A stretch of DNA of 64,000 bases from Adineta vaga (lineage: Eukaryota > Animalia > Rotifera): positions 4,712,001-4,776,000 of the forward strand of contig CP075493.1 in assembly GCA_021613535.1 (NCBI GenBank), written 5' to 3'. The notes under the pieces were generated by a model. The model was not told the origin of the DNA, made no database searches, and saw only the letters and a list, made by a program, of their open reading frames with translations. Shown one piece after another: positions 52,811 through 64,000 of the stretch. The position numbers were made by a program, and so were the translations under genes. Each line of letters opens with the position of its first letter. Position 1 is the first letter of the stretch.

Positions 52811-53124
52811 TATAATTTATATCATGTCATCATTCGCAGATATCTTCAAATTCCTTTTTTTTTTGTATGTTATTATTCATAATAAAAATTCAACAGTTTT
52901 GGGTTTATAGAGTATACATAAGCACGTCTCAATAATTCGTTTTTTGAAGATGAATCATTATGAATTTGATTGTCTTGTTTAGAAGCCATGCAAACAGAGA
53001 TGATGCAACAGTTCTTCTATTCATCGAATTGTATTTCTCTCAAATGTGAAATTACATTATGAATCATACAATTCAGTATTGCATTTACATTCTGTTTATT
53101 GTATGTTAACAAGTGATTGATACA

Positions 53125-54113
53125 ATGTCATTCAGTGCGGAAAAGTTACCGTCAGAAATTTGGTTATGTATTTTTACTTATCTTGAAGGACATGATCTTG
53201 TTCGAGCATTTTCTTCTCTGAATACTTATTTCAACTTATTGCTTCGTTCACCACATTTACAGATACATATGAACGATTACCATAATTGACATGGTCTCAT
53301 ATTAATCTTGAAAATGTTTGTTCTCTATCCGTTGGACGATGAAAAGCCAATTGTCTTATTCAATTCCTACGATGGCATAGTCAACATCTCAGTCGTTTAC
53401 GCGCTTTATCCATTTATTTAACATCACTGAACTTACATTCAAAATGTCAATTTCTGAGCTCTGCACTTCAACAAATACCTGCTCTTCAAAGTATTCATCT
53501 TACATATGTAGGACAACATATTCATTTATTTCATATTAATCCAATTCTGATGACTATTTTTGGAAAGACATCAGTTATTCGAAAATGTTTCTTTGATTTT
53601 AATTGTTTAAATTATAATCTTGATACATCGAATTGGTTTATCAATTCATATCTAAAATATCTTCATGTTAATGATGTTACATGGCAAATATTATTTCGTA
53701 TTTTATCATTTACACCTCGTGTATATTCTCTGAAAGCAGTGATAAATGAATCGTCTATCGATGAACATGAAGATTTTACTTTATTACAGCTTCGTAAATT
53801 GAATATAAGCATTCAAAATCTTCCGTTTTCTCAACTAAAGATATTCAAACAAGTAGTACTATATCTCGAATGTTTTCAATTGCGAGGGATTTTCAAAACA
53901 ACTCAAACTAATTACTTTAATGAAAAACTATGGGAAAAATTATTATGTGATATAAAATATTACGACGTAAAAGTAGGCACGTGGGAATATGGCGAAGGGT
54001 TACCGAACCTATTAAAACAATATATAGATGATTTTCAGAGTAAGAAATGGTTTTTTTTGGGAACAAAAAGCATTATATGTTGATGTGAAAGTGATTTTCA
54101 AATCAGCGGTAAT
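53125..54113 (+). pseudogene. F-box/LRR-type pseudogene
   Basis: F-box start MSFSAEKLPSEIWLCIFTYLEGHDLVRAFSSLN, followed by a frameshift near 53270 and in-frame stops near 53283 and 53340. Leu-rich remainder (ORF 53550-54083). Confidence 0.75.
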
Positions 54114-54441
54114 ATAATCTACGTTAATTCGAGAATCAGAAAACTCCTTATATATCTATCGTTTTATTGAACTGAATATTACAATGAACTTTATGAATAT
54201 TGTCTCCAATTGATTTTCTAATAACTAACAAAAATAAACATTTATTTTCATACTCATACTTTTCCCCTTACAATTCATACTATACGATGTATTATAGTTC
54301 TATGAAAAGAGCACACTAATATATCGTGTTTCTAGAATAAGTCACTTGATCGAATTAGACTTTATTTGAGTAGCCTATTATGAAAAAAAACAAAGGAATT
54401 ATATTTCAAATTCTATCTCTGTTCTTAAGATTTCATATTTA

Positions 54442-55521
54442 TTACGACGGTAAGATTCTAACATAATCATTTTGACGATTCAATACTAAGAGAAGTTTCC
54501 ATGGCAATGGTGCTTCATCAGTATTCACCGAAAGACTATGATGTTTGTTTGTTCGTTCATGAAATAATTCCATTTGTTTTCGTTCACAATCAAATGTCAC
54601 TTGTATTACATCATTCGATAATATTTCGTCACTTTTATAACCATGAACTTTGGAATTATAATTGACAGTACCATGTTGATAGATTTCATTACATCCAAAC
54701 CAACCAACGGTAAATGGTGAATAGTAATGAATTTTAGTGTTCGTATCAGTGATTTGAGAAGAAATACAACCGAAGAAAATATTGTAAGGAAATTTAGCTT
54801 GTCCAACTTTTAATCGAATTGTTTGTTCACCATGAAAATACAATTGTTCGCCAAGAATGAAAGCATAATCTAAATCTGTACTAGTACATTTAGCTAAAAG
54901 GCCGTCATCGATAATTTTACCAGGTCCAATCACTTTTGAGAATCGTTCTTGAGCAAACTGAATAGTTGGTGAATGTAGTAATAAAGATCGATTCTGATAA
55001 GGAATAATAATTTTATCACTAGATTCATTTTGATAAATTTTAATTAAACGAATAACAGATTGTTCATCTTCGATGATTTGAACTGAAGATTGACGTACTA
55101 ATTCTTGTTTCAGTTTATTTAGCTGCTGTATCCATTGTGTGAGATCATTTTCACAAAAATCATCAGCATCACGGGATGAACGAATATTATTCGCAATATC
55201 AACACATGATTTTGATAATTGTTTGTTTGATTTGTCGATCATTTGTTGTAGTTGTTGTCGAATAGTTTCAGCAACAGTTCGAATCGTTGTTAGAGATATT
55301 TTCTCCCATTGATTAATTCTTTCTATCAAAACATGTTCATCTATGGATTGTTGAAGTTCTTCTTGCAATGAATCATGATCCTGTATAATATCTTCTAATT
55401 CATTTGTCAGATTTTGTCGGTGTTCAAGAACATGTTTACCACAAAATACTTGTCTACATCCATTACATGTCAGAATACCACTATTCTTATCACATGTGAC
55501 ACACTGCTTTTGTGCACTCAT
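54442..55521 (-). CDS. Intronless B-box-like / coiled-coil / SPRY(B30.2)-like protein (TRIM-like, no RING)
   Basis: CxxC...CxGC..FC.KH..EHR, a coiled coil (INQWEK), and a C-terminal beta domain (IFFGCIS...VGWFG...DVIQVTFDCE). Confidence 0.8.
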   Translation of the reverse strand: MSAQKQCVTCDKNSGILTCNGCRQVFCGKHVLEHRQNLTNELEDIIQDHDSLQEELQQSIDEHVLIERINQWEKISLTTIRTVAETIRQQLQQMIDKSNKQLSKSCVDIANNIRSSRDADDFCENDLTQWIQQLNKLKQELVRQSSVQIIEDEQSVIRLIKIYQNESSDKIIIPYQNRSLLLHSPTIQFAQERFSKVIGPGKIIDDGLLAKCTSTDLDYAFILGEQLYFHGEQTIRLKVGQAKFPYNIFFGCISSQITDTNTKIHYYSPFTVGWFGCNEIYQHGTVNYNSKVHGYKSDEILSNDVIQVTFDCERKQMELFHERTNKHHSLSVNTDEAPLPWKLLLVLNRQNDYVRILPS

Positions 55522-56306
55522 TTTTATCAATATACTAGTTAAAGAAGAAATGATATCGTATAAACATGTGTAAAACGAAAGAAATGGAAATAGATAGACA
55601 AGTTAATTTGTTACGTTTTGACGTTATTGACTGACTGTTTAAGATGGACGAGAGAAAAACATACGTCAGAGTAGATTCGTTCGAAAAGGTCGTGTGGTTT
55701 CTCCTTTTATCAGTTACCTGTATATTTCACTGAAAACTATTCATTTGCGGTAAAACTTGTAAGATAGAATCTAAACAGACGAATGAAGTTTATCAACATG
55801 CTGTGCTTAGTAGAATTTATTCTCGGGCACATAAATACTTATTACTGCAATCAATTTGATCTTATATCAGACTATCTACAAAGAATATCGACGAACACAT
55901 CGTTTAATTCATTTCGTTTATTGACACAAATCGAAGTGTGACAAATTGTATTCGATATTTGATTATTGCACTTGAAAAATACTTCTGAGAAGCTGTCATC
56001 AATGCATTTGAATCACGATGACATTCTTTTTGCTTTTCATTCGAACTAAAATTGAAATTGTTGACATCATTTAGGATCATTTTTAAGATCATCGACGTTG
56101 TTTTCAAATACGAGTGACGATGTCTGCCATCTGTCCTTTTTGTCACCGTGATAGGACGGAAAAAATTTCAAAGGTGACTACTACTAAGCAATCATGAGTG
56201 GCTGTCACGACTAATTGATGCGACTGTGGACGTGTTAATATTCAAAGAAAAAGAACAGCAACTTTATTCCTACTTCGTTCTTTTTATTTCTAATAGAAAC
56301 TACATC

Positions 56307-57940
56307 ATGTCAGCATCAGCTATTTATATTTTGGATATGAAAGGCAAAGTAGATTTCATTACAAATTTTCTTATTAAACAAGATATGAGTCTATTCGAAT
56401 ATTTAGGTTATCATATCGCGAAATTATCGTGGTGATATTGAAATGAATATTATTGAAAAATTCATGCAATTACTATTAGAAAAAGAAGATGAATCTCAAT
56501 TATCACCTATATTTCAACATGGCGATGTAGCTTTTGTTTATATAAAATATAATAATCTTTATTGTAAAAGTTGATATTCTCTCATTACTTTTGGACTTAA
56601 TGATTTATTTTCTAGTGGTTTGTACAACAAAGATCAATGCCAATATTGCAATGATTTTATCATTTCTTTACAAATGTGTTCGAGTATTTTGTGAATACTT
56701 TAAAGAACTTGAAGAGGAATCTATTCGAGATAATTTCGTTATTGTCTATGAATTACTTGATGAATTAATGGATTTTGGTTTTCCTCAATCGACTGATTCA
56801 AAAATTCTTCAAGAATATATTACACAAGAAGGTCATAAATTAGAAGTTCGACCGCCACAAGCGTTAACTAATCAAGTTAGTTGGCGATCCGATGGGATCA
56901 AATATCGAAAGAATGAAGTCTTTCTCGATGTCATCGAAGCTGTGAATCTTTTAGTAAGAAACTATTGATTTGGTTTTGTTATAAAACTAATTTTTTTTTC
57001 GTAATTTAGGTTAGTTCCAATGGAAATGTTCTTCGTTCAGAAATCAATGGTGTTATAAAAATGCGTGTTTATCTAACTGGTATGCCAGAATTACGTCTTG
57101 GATTGAATGATCAAATTCTTTTTGAAACAACAGGCCGTATGATGATGATAAATTCATTGACAATGAAATAGTTCCTAAGGCATTATATTTAGGTACAAAA
57201 AACAAAGGTGTCGAATTAGAAGATGTTAAATTTCATCAATGTGTTCGTTTATCACGCTTTGAAAATGATCGAACGATTTCATTTGTTCCACCAGATGGTG
57301 ATTTTGAATTAATGTCCTATCGCTTAAATACTCAAGTAGAGATAAAATAGTGTTTTATTCATTGAGATTTCAATTTTCTGTATAGATTAAACCATTGATT
57401 TGGATTGAATCTGTTGTTGAAAAACATGCTCATTCACGTGTCGAATATATGATTAAAGCGAAATCACAATTTAAACGTCGCTCAACTGCAAATAATGTTG
57501 AAATTATCATTTGTGTTCCAGCTGATGCACACAAAGGACAATTTAAAGCAACAGCAGGTTCGGTTAAATATGTTCCTGAAAAAACGGCCATGGTTTGGTC
57601 AATTAAAGCTTTTCCAGTAAGTTTCTTCATTTTTTTCTCTCGTTTGTTTCATATGAATTCAACAAATTTAGGGAGGAAAAGAATATATAATGCGTGCTCA
57701 TTTTAAATTACCAAGTATTGTTGGTGAAGATATGGAAGCAAAACCACCGATTGAAGTTAAATTTGAAATTCCGTATTTTACAACATCAGGCATACAAGTA
57801 ATTTGATCATTTATGACTCTAATTTGATTACATAAAGTTTTTAGGTTCGTTATTTGAAAATCATTGAAAAAAGTGGTTATCAAGCATTACCATGGGTACG
57901 TTATATAACACAAAATGGTGATTATCAAATACGTACATAA
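56307..57940 (+). CDS. AP1M1: AP-1 adaptor complex mu subunit
   Basis: MSASAIYILDMKGK, ELEEESIRDNFVIVYELLDE, VSWRSDGIKYRKNEVFLDVIE, EKSGYQALPWVRYITQNGDYQ. Confidence 0.97.
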
Positions 57941-58510
57941 TAAAAAGCTATTGTAATTCATTGTTTTCCCTGTAAATTTAATGAGAATGATCAATTTTTC
58001 TTAATTGATGCCGATTGTTTTTAATCTATTTTAAAATTTAAAATTAAAACTATTGACAAGAACAATAATAATATCATTTTTGATATGAGACATAAAAATT
58101 TCTTTAGAACGCCTATATCTGTAGATATGTCGTCCGTGCGTTGGTGCTGCTGCTGTTGTTGTTGTTGTTTTTATTCTTATGAGAGGAAAAAGAAAATGAG
58201 ATACGATTCTATTTCCGTCAGAACTGTCATTAATTTGCCGTCAACTTGTACAGTCTATATTCTCCTTTTCTGAATATAGCAGAGAGGAAAGAAGAAAAAA
58301 CAACTTCTATCTACCAGTCGACTAAGAGCTTTACTATTGACATTAGTTCTTTTTTCTTCTCATTCATCACTAACATTGTCTTCGGTGGGTGGAGAATCGT
58401 GGATATACATATTTACATACATATATACATACGTATTTAATCGTGAGTATACCAGATATAATTACAGATATTTTATATCGATTCATATTTTGTAAAATTA
58501 TAGAAGATCA

Positions 58511-58912
58511 ATGCCAGCTTCACGAGCTTTATGTGCTGCGCCACGTCATGTTTATGCAGGAATGATTACGAATAAAACAAGTCAACCAGTCAAATGTACC
58601 ATTCATTATGCGACCGGTTCGAACAATACAGATGAATCAATTTCTGTCACACTTGATGCAGGTGGTCGTGCTTGTATACCTGAACGTGATTATCAACCAT
58701 CACCTGAAGCAACATTTACATGTCGTAAAGTTGTATCTCGAATTGAAGTTCAAGGAGATAATAAAACGTATTCACTTGAACAACCATTTGATGGTGTTAC
58801 ATGTCCAGTAACTGAATGGAAATTTGATATTAATAACGATCATATACTTTCAACTAATCCAAATATACCAATATCACCAACGAAAATAGACAATCCTATT
58901 GCTGCTCATTGA
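58511..58912 (+). CDS. Intronless 133-aa hypothetical beta-rich protein
   Basis: Clean ORF with coding-like composition and an upstream TAG acceptor at 58503. No family recognised. Confidence 0.7.
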   Translation: MPASRALCAAPRHVYAGMITNKTSQPVKCTIHYATGSNNTDESISVTLDAGGRACIPERDYQPSPEATFTCRKVVSRIEVQGDNKTYSLEQPFDGVTCPVTEWKFDINNDHILSTNPNIPISPTKIDNPIAAH

Positions 58913-59906
58913 CAGTTTTATTCATCAACATGATTCTCTTGTTCTTTTTCTTTAAATACAAACATATGAAAAGAAAGTTCAATTGGTTGTGTGTTTTTGT
59001 TTTTCTTCTAATGGATAAATAAGAATATTTTTTAATTAAATCTAAGATACTTTCGACGATGACAAGTCTGTATCGTAGTTGATGTTTATCTACATGTTAT
59101 CAATGACGGCAAGTTAGAGTAATTCTAATTTTGACATCAAGATGGAAATGATATATGTATAGAATAACGTACTTGAGTATACTAGAGCTAGTAAAGCTTT
59201 ACTTATTCAAAGCATTGATTCGAGAAGAACGAATCTATCGAGTTAAAACACGAACAAATGACAGCATAGTCACAATATAGACGTAGAACTATTAATATAA
59301 TACATCAACATCTGTTAGCAGTATGTTCGATATACGTCTATGAATACGATAGAAAATCATATATGAATTAACAATTCATCGTTGTATTAAAACATGTTGA
59401 TATGTTTTGTCCATCAAGGATAGATGTAATGCAAGATGCTTGTAACGTACAGAAAAGGACTAACATAATTTTCTTATAAAAGGTGAGATAGTTTTATGAC
59501 AGACACTATTGATACTTGAAATAAAATAAACATTGTATTATAGTATAGATATGAGAACCTTGTTTCAACTGATCATCTATACTATTCTTAGTTATCATCT
59601 GAAATACCATATAAGATATGACATTTCCGATTACAGACATATTGACAAATCCATTATCTGATCGAGGTCGATTATCGATCAGTTGGATCGATTACATCAG
59701 AGAATAGTGTCTATGATTAACAGAATAACCTTGTAGAATTCTAATCAATAGAATAAGTATGGAATTCTGCAACAAATTTAATCATAAGAAAAAAGAACAT
59801 ACTATGCGAAATTAATAGTAGGGAAGAGTATCTTTAATGAATGATCGATCTACCGGTTTTCTGACGTTTCATTGCAAATGTTATTGACAAGAAATAATCA
59901 TTCGAA

Positions 59907-61878
59907 TTAGCTGGTCTTCTTTCGCTTTGACGGAGCTGTAATTGTTGAAGCTAAAATACGAACATCTTAGATAAATTAAGCAATTAGAAAGATGTTACCT
60001 GTGGTAGTTGCATCCGTTAAAGTTCGCTTTGCAGACGCTGCTAAATAAAAAAAATTCTAACTGATAAAAGAGCTGAAAAGATATTCACGCACGTAATCGA
60101 ATAAAATCTGATAAACACATTGTTTTCCAGCATGGGTTACTATCGCGTTCGATTACACAAAGAAGACGTGCCGATGGATTATGTTCGGCTAGATGCAATT
60201 GTTTCGTCGATTGTTCATCTAACGCATATAAGATCTCTTCTTGCTGTAATTTATTCCATAAAGTGACCATCGGTAGCTTTAATCTAAAGAAAATGATTTA
60301 AATAACCATGAAATATGTTTACAAATCATTTACATGTAATCGCCTTTCTTTGTTCGGACTAACTCCTGCCAATCAAATTTAATTGGGTTGATCGGTGATG
60401 TATCACGCTCAAAATCTTTGGGTAAAAATCTTTTGTCTCGGTGTTTGTACCAAATTCGTTTACCATTTTCGTATTTTTCGGAGACAACATATACGAGTAA
60501 ACAACTGTTCTCGATATTCCTCAATTCTTCAGGAATCTAAAGAAAACAGAAAATTATGCACCAGTATAACTAAAATGTATGCTACACTAAATGACTTGAT
60601 TTAAAAAATAAAGAGATAATACGTACATCAAGTTTTGGTTGTATTGAACGTTTAGCTTCTGAATCATTTTTGATGCCTTGTATACAAGTAATAGAACCAT
60701 TGGTTTTTGATTGTTCTTTTTGATTGAATTTATCAGATGAATATATATTTTTTTGTTCTGGTTTAACGTCATGCGTAAAATAGATACGGGCTGATATCCG
60801 ATTTGAATCTTCCAATAATTGAACTGATTGCTGATGAGAATTCGTATTTTGTAAATCATATGAAACGTCTCCCTCTAAAGATTCTGCATCTCCGGCTATA
60901 AAAAGAAAAGAAGTATAAGACTTACTGGGAAAATACGTTTTATAAGTATGGCATTTCTAGCTAGTTCTAGTGAATCACTAATAATTGAAAAATGGTATAG
61001 TACATGCTAAATCATACTCTAAATCATCTCTTATCTTGAGAATGGCGCGCTAACCTTGTTAGTGTTGTCTAAATCGGCTGCAGATGAACAAATATCTCTT
61101 ATAAAAGAAATACAAGTGAAATCTTACCCAAGTCTATATAGTTGTTACTACCATGTGATTCTGATGGTACTGCATTTTTTGAATCATCATTTCCGTTTGC
61201 GTCAATGAGTTCAGATGTACCTGTAACAAAGAAATATCATAGTGTTCTAAATTACTCTAAAAATGCTATAATTATACAACCTCGTTCACCGGATAATGCG
61301 AAAGACAACTCCTTTGTATGATGACTATTATTTGCCGTTGTGTTATTGTTTTTAGGTAAATCTAGACAATAACAATTTCTTTAACCATAGTTATCTACAA
61401 GGAAAAGTACTACCTTGTTCACAGTGAGTTTCCTTAATGTTCCATTTAATCTGTAAACAAGATCAATTGACTTTGTTTTACACCATGGGGTTTCTACAAA
61501 AACAAAAACTGTAATAAATATGTTTTATTATTACTATATAGACTTATTCCTACCATCTGATGTATTTTGTCCAATCATCTGATCTGAAGTGTCAACAACA
61601 TATATCTCTACGAAATTCATAAAACATAAAGAATCTTGATCATTAAGACGAAATGGATTGAAATCACTTTCTAATTGATTAATATTCAGTACGAGAAACT
61701 TTTTTAGCACAGGACTATAAAATTGCAATTGATAAAATTTTGGTAAAAAAGAACCATATAGATCTCGAATCTGTTCATGAATTTGATCGATGCTTGAGTT
61801 TGCATTGATTTGGTTCGCTTCATGTCTTTGCCCACCACAAATGATATTTACTGATATTAATTCATCATTTAAACCCAT
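59907..61878 (-). CDS. Tandem paralogue A: multi-exon protein with putative divergent Rel-homology-like domain and C-terminal NLS
   Basis: Shares DVKP.QKNIY..D, QG.K, LLVYVV, WYKH..K.FLP and RLLCV...W.T.CLSDFIR with paralogue B. Ends SKRKKTS*. Middle exons are uncertain. Confidence 0.65.
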
Positions 61879-62609
61879 AAAGAATATGTATCTTGAATCA
61901 AATAAAATCGATGAATGAATAGATCCACGAAGTTCTATTTTGTGGTTTGTTATTTATAGGAGGGATCGTAGGAGAAATCCTAGGATAAGAAAGATATTCG
62001 AAAGGTGTCACTAGAAATTCGAATAATTTTTATTATCTCATGAGAAGAATTGTACCTATTTAAAAACACTTTTTAAAAATAAATCAAAATGTATTACTAT
62101 ACCTATCACCATCAAGGTTTTATTTCAATTGAGAAAATAGAAGAGAAGGTGTATAGGTTTGAACAAAAGACATGTAATCGAACTTCAACAATAATTCATA
62201 CAATTTTCTACTAAATAAATATGTAATTTTTGAATAAATTTAAAGAAAATGGTTGTCGTTTTATCAAAGGACAACATATTTGAACGGTAAATTACGTTAT
62301 ACCTGATTTTAAATACATATAGATGTACTCTTCCGCAGTAATCTGTTATTTTATACAATAATCTTTTATTCCATTTAATTCCGTGTTTACATTTATACAA
62401 CTAATTTATTCATGAAAAGGAACATCAGACAAGAAAACCGAATTTATCATATCTTCATTCCATCGGTGATAGTTTCTTTCATGTGTAAATTGAAAATGCA
62501 TGCACTTTTCCCTAATGATCATATCATGACTAATGTATGTATTACATTGAAATTGTTTTAATTTATAGGTTTATTTGACGAAGGATAGTCATGTTTACTC
62601 GAGGAAATC

Positions 62610-64000
62610 TTAATCATTCCGTCTTAGACGCTTCGATGTTGATGCTGTGTTTTGATCTAAAGAAAGATTCGTTCTTATAGAAGATTAATATTTCAAAAAT
62701 GTATACCTGTAGCGATTTTTGAATAAGGTCGTTTCGGAGGTTTAACTACGACGAAACAGTAAATGACAAGTCATTTAAAACAATTCATTCTTACGAGATC
62801 TGATAAAATCCGACAAACAGAATGTATCCCAGAGTATTTCCCTATTACGTTGTAGTACACATAATAATCGTGGTGAATGTGAAACATGTACTGATGGGTG
62901 CACATGACTAGTCTCATCGTCACTAAGTTCATGAACTTTTCTTGGATCTTTCAATGATTTATTCCATTTTGTGATCATTGCTAAATTTAATCTAAATATC
63001 ATTCAATAAAATGAAACTTATTGATACAATCATTTTGTTTTACGTACTCTAAATCCTCATTGGCCTTGAATTGATAGTTATTCAAGTGAATTTCAATTGG
63101 ATTGACTGTTTCAGTATCTGAAGTGTAATTTTCCGGTAAAAAGCTTTTATGACCATGTTTATACCATACTCGCATGGCATCTTTAACTTCTTCGTGTACA
63201 ACATATACAAGAAGTGTAGTATCATTTCGTTGATAGATTGAAGGAATCTAATAGAAAACCAATTTTTTGGTTGTATGAGACATAAATTATCAACTTACTC
63301 GAAGTCTAGGTAACACACGAGACATCTTTTTACTTTCATCTTTTACACCTTGTACACGAGAAATTTGTCCGTGCGGTTTAGTTGAATCAATATGAAACTG
63401 ATCGGTCCGATAAATATTTTTTTGCATTGGTTTTACGTCTAACGAGAAAAACAATCGACTTGATAGAATATTTCTAGTAGTTGATAACAATTCTATAATT
63501 ATACAAAAATAACATACAGTAAAGATGAGCGTATTAATTCACCTCAAAATGATTACCGTTATTTTTTTGAGATGACTCATTATTGAAATCTTGCACAATA
63601 TCATCATCTTTCGCGATGTTGCTTTCTGATAAATCTGCGTGAATAAATGATTGCAGTTCGTGTGAAAATGGCATATTCGAAATATTATGTAATGCTAAAT
63701 GGGCGCCGTTGCTTGACGAACTATCATCCATAGCATGAGATGTACGCTGATCGATCGAAATCTCTAGAACTGAAATGAAATATTGACATATCTGTTCTTG
63801 AATGCAAGAAAGATTCGTACCAGGCTGAGACTGAAGATCTGTATTTATTGTCAAATCTTTTGTGATAAACAAATGAATACTAGACGAGACACTTTCTAAA
63901 TCTCGAACACCTACTGACGATCTCATTTGAAATGGACTGATTCCTTGTTGTAGTTGATTATCAAGATCAACAAATGTCATTGTAATCGGATTATAATAGA
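62610..64000 (-). CDS. Tandem paralogue B (5' end beyond the window), same family as 59907-61878
   Basis: Same motifs and matching 3' exon layout. Ends SKRLRRND* at 62612-62610. Confidence 0.65.

Noticed and set aside
15166-57940. Functional cilia/trafficking gene cluster (Rab11, SAXO, MOSMO, CEP131, AP1M1)
   Set aside because: The genes are dispersed among unrelated ones, so there is no evidence beyond chance.
60860-60900. Stop-codon readthrough at an in-frame TAG in paralogue A
   Set aside because: The TAG can serve as a phase-0 splice acceptor compatible with the upstream micro-exon, so no recoding is needed.

Overview
AT-rich, gene-dense eukaryotic DNA with many short (mostly 45-65 nt) GT-AG introns. 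The intron style, base composition and gene families are most consistent with a bdelloid rotifer (Adineta/Rotaria-like). That taxon is inferred, not shown. I built about 26 protein-coding gene models by hand-splicing. They include a Pro-rich SRSF-motif protein, PMCA Ca2+-ATPase, CWC25, a Rab11-family GTPase, casein kinase I, a SAXO-like protein, TMEM147, NDUFC2, INTS6, a short OSBP, MOSMO, VPS28, a LOTUS-only protein, a histidine phosphatase, a bZIP, ECSIT, a GPCR, a small HSP, RANBP3, CEP131, a B-box/SPRY-like protein, AP1M1 and two tandem paralogues with a possible Rel-homology fold. The window also holds tRNA-Thr(CGT), a non-autonomous hAT element with perfect TIRs and TSD, and F-box/LRR pseudogenes. 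Most notable observations: (1) candidate SL-trans-spliced operons (INTS6-NDUFC2-TMEM147 and MOSMO-OSBP) with 68-107 nt stop-to-start gaps and unpaired splice acceptors; (2) a 107-aa gene missed by the ORF track, encoding a signal peptide, a furin site, an N/Y/G/Q prion-like core and a GPI signal; (3) three alternative last exons that each complete the PMCA calmodulin-binding domain; (4) a small HSP that can splice to a one- or two-crystallin-domain form; (5) a recurring CTCF-like motif about 90-130 bp upstream of several genes, also present in the transposon TIRs. All gene names come from recalled motif similarity. No database searches were run.
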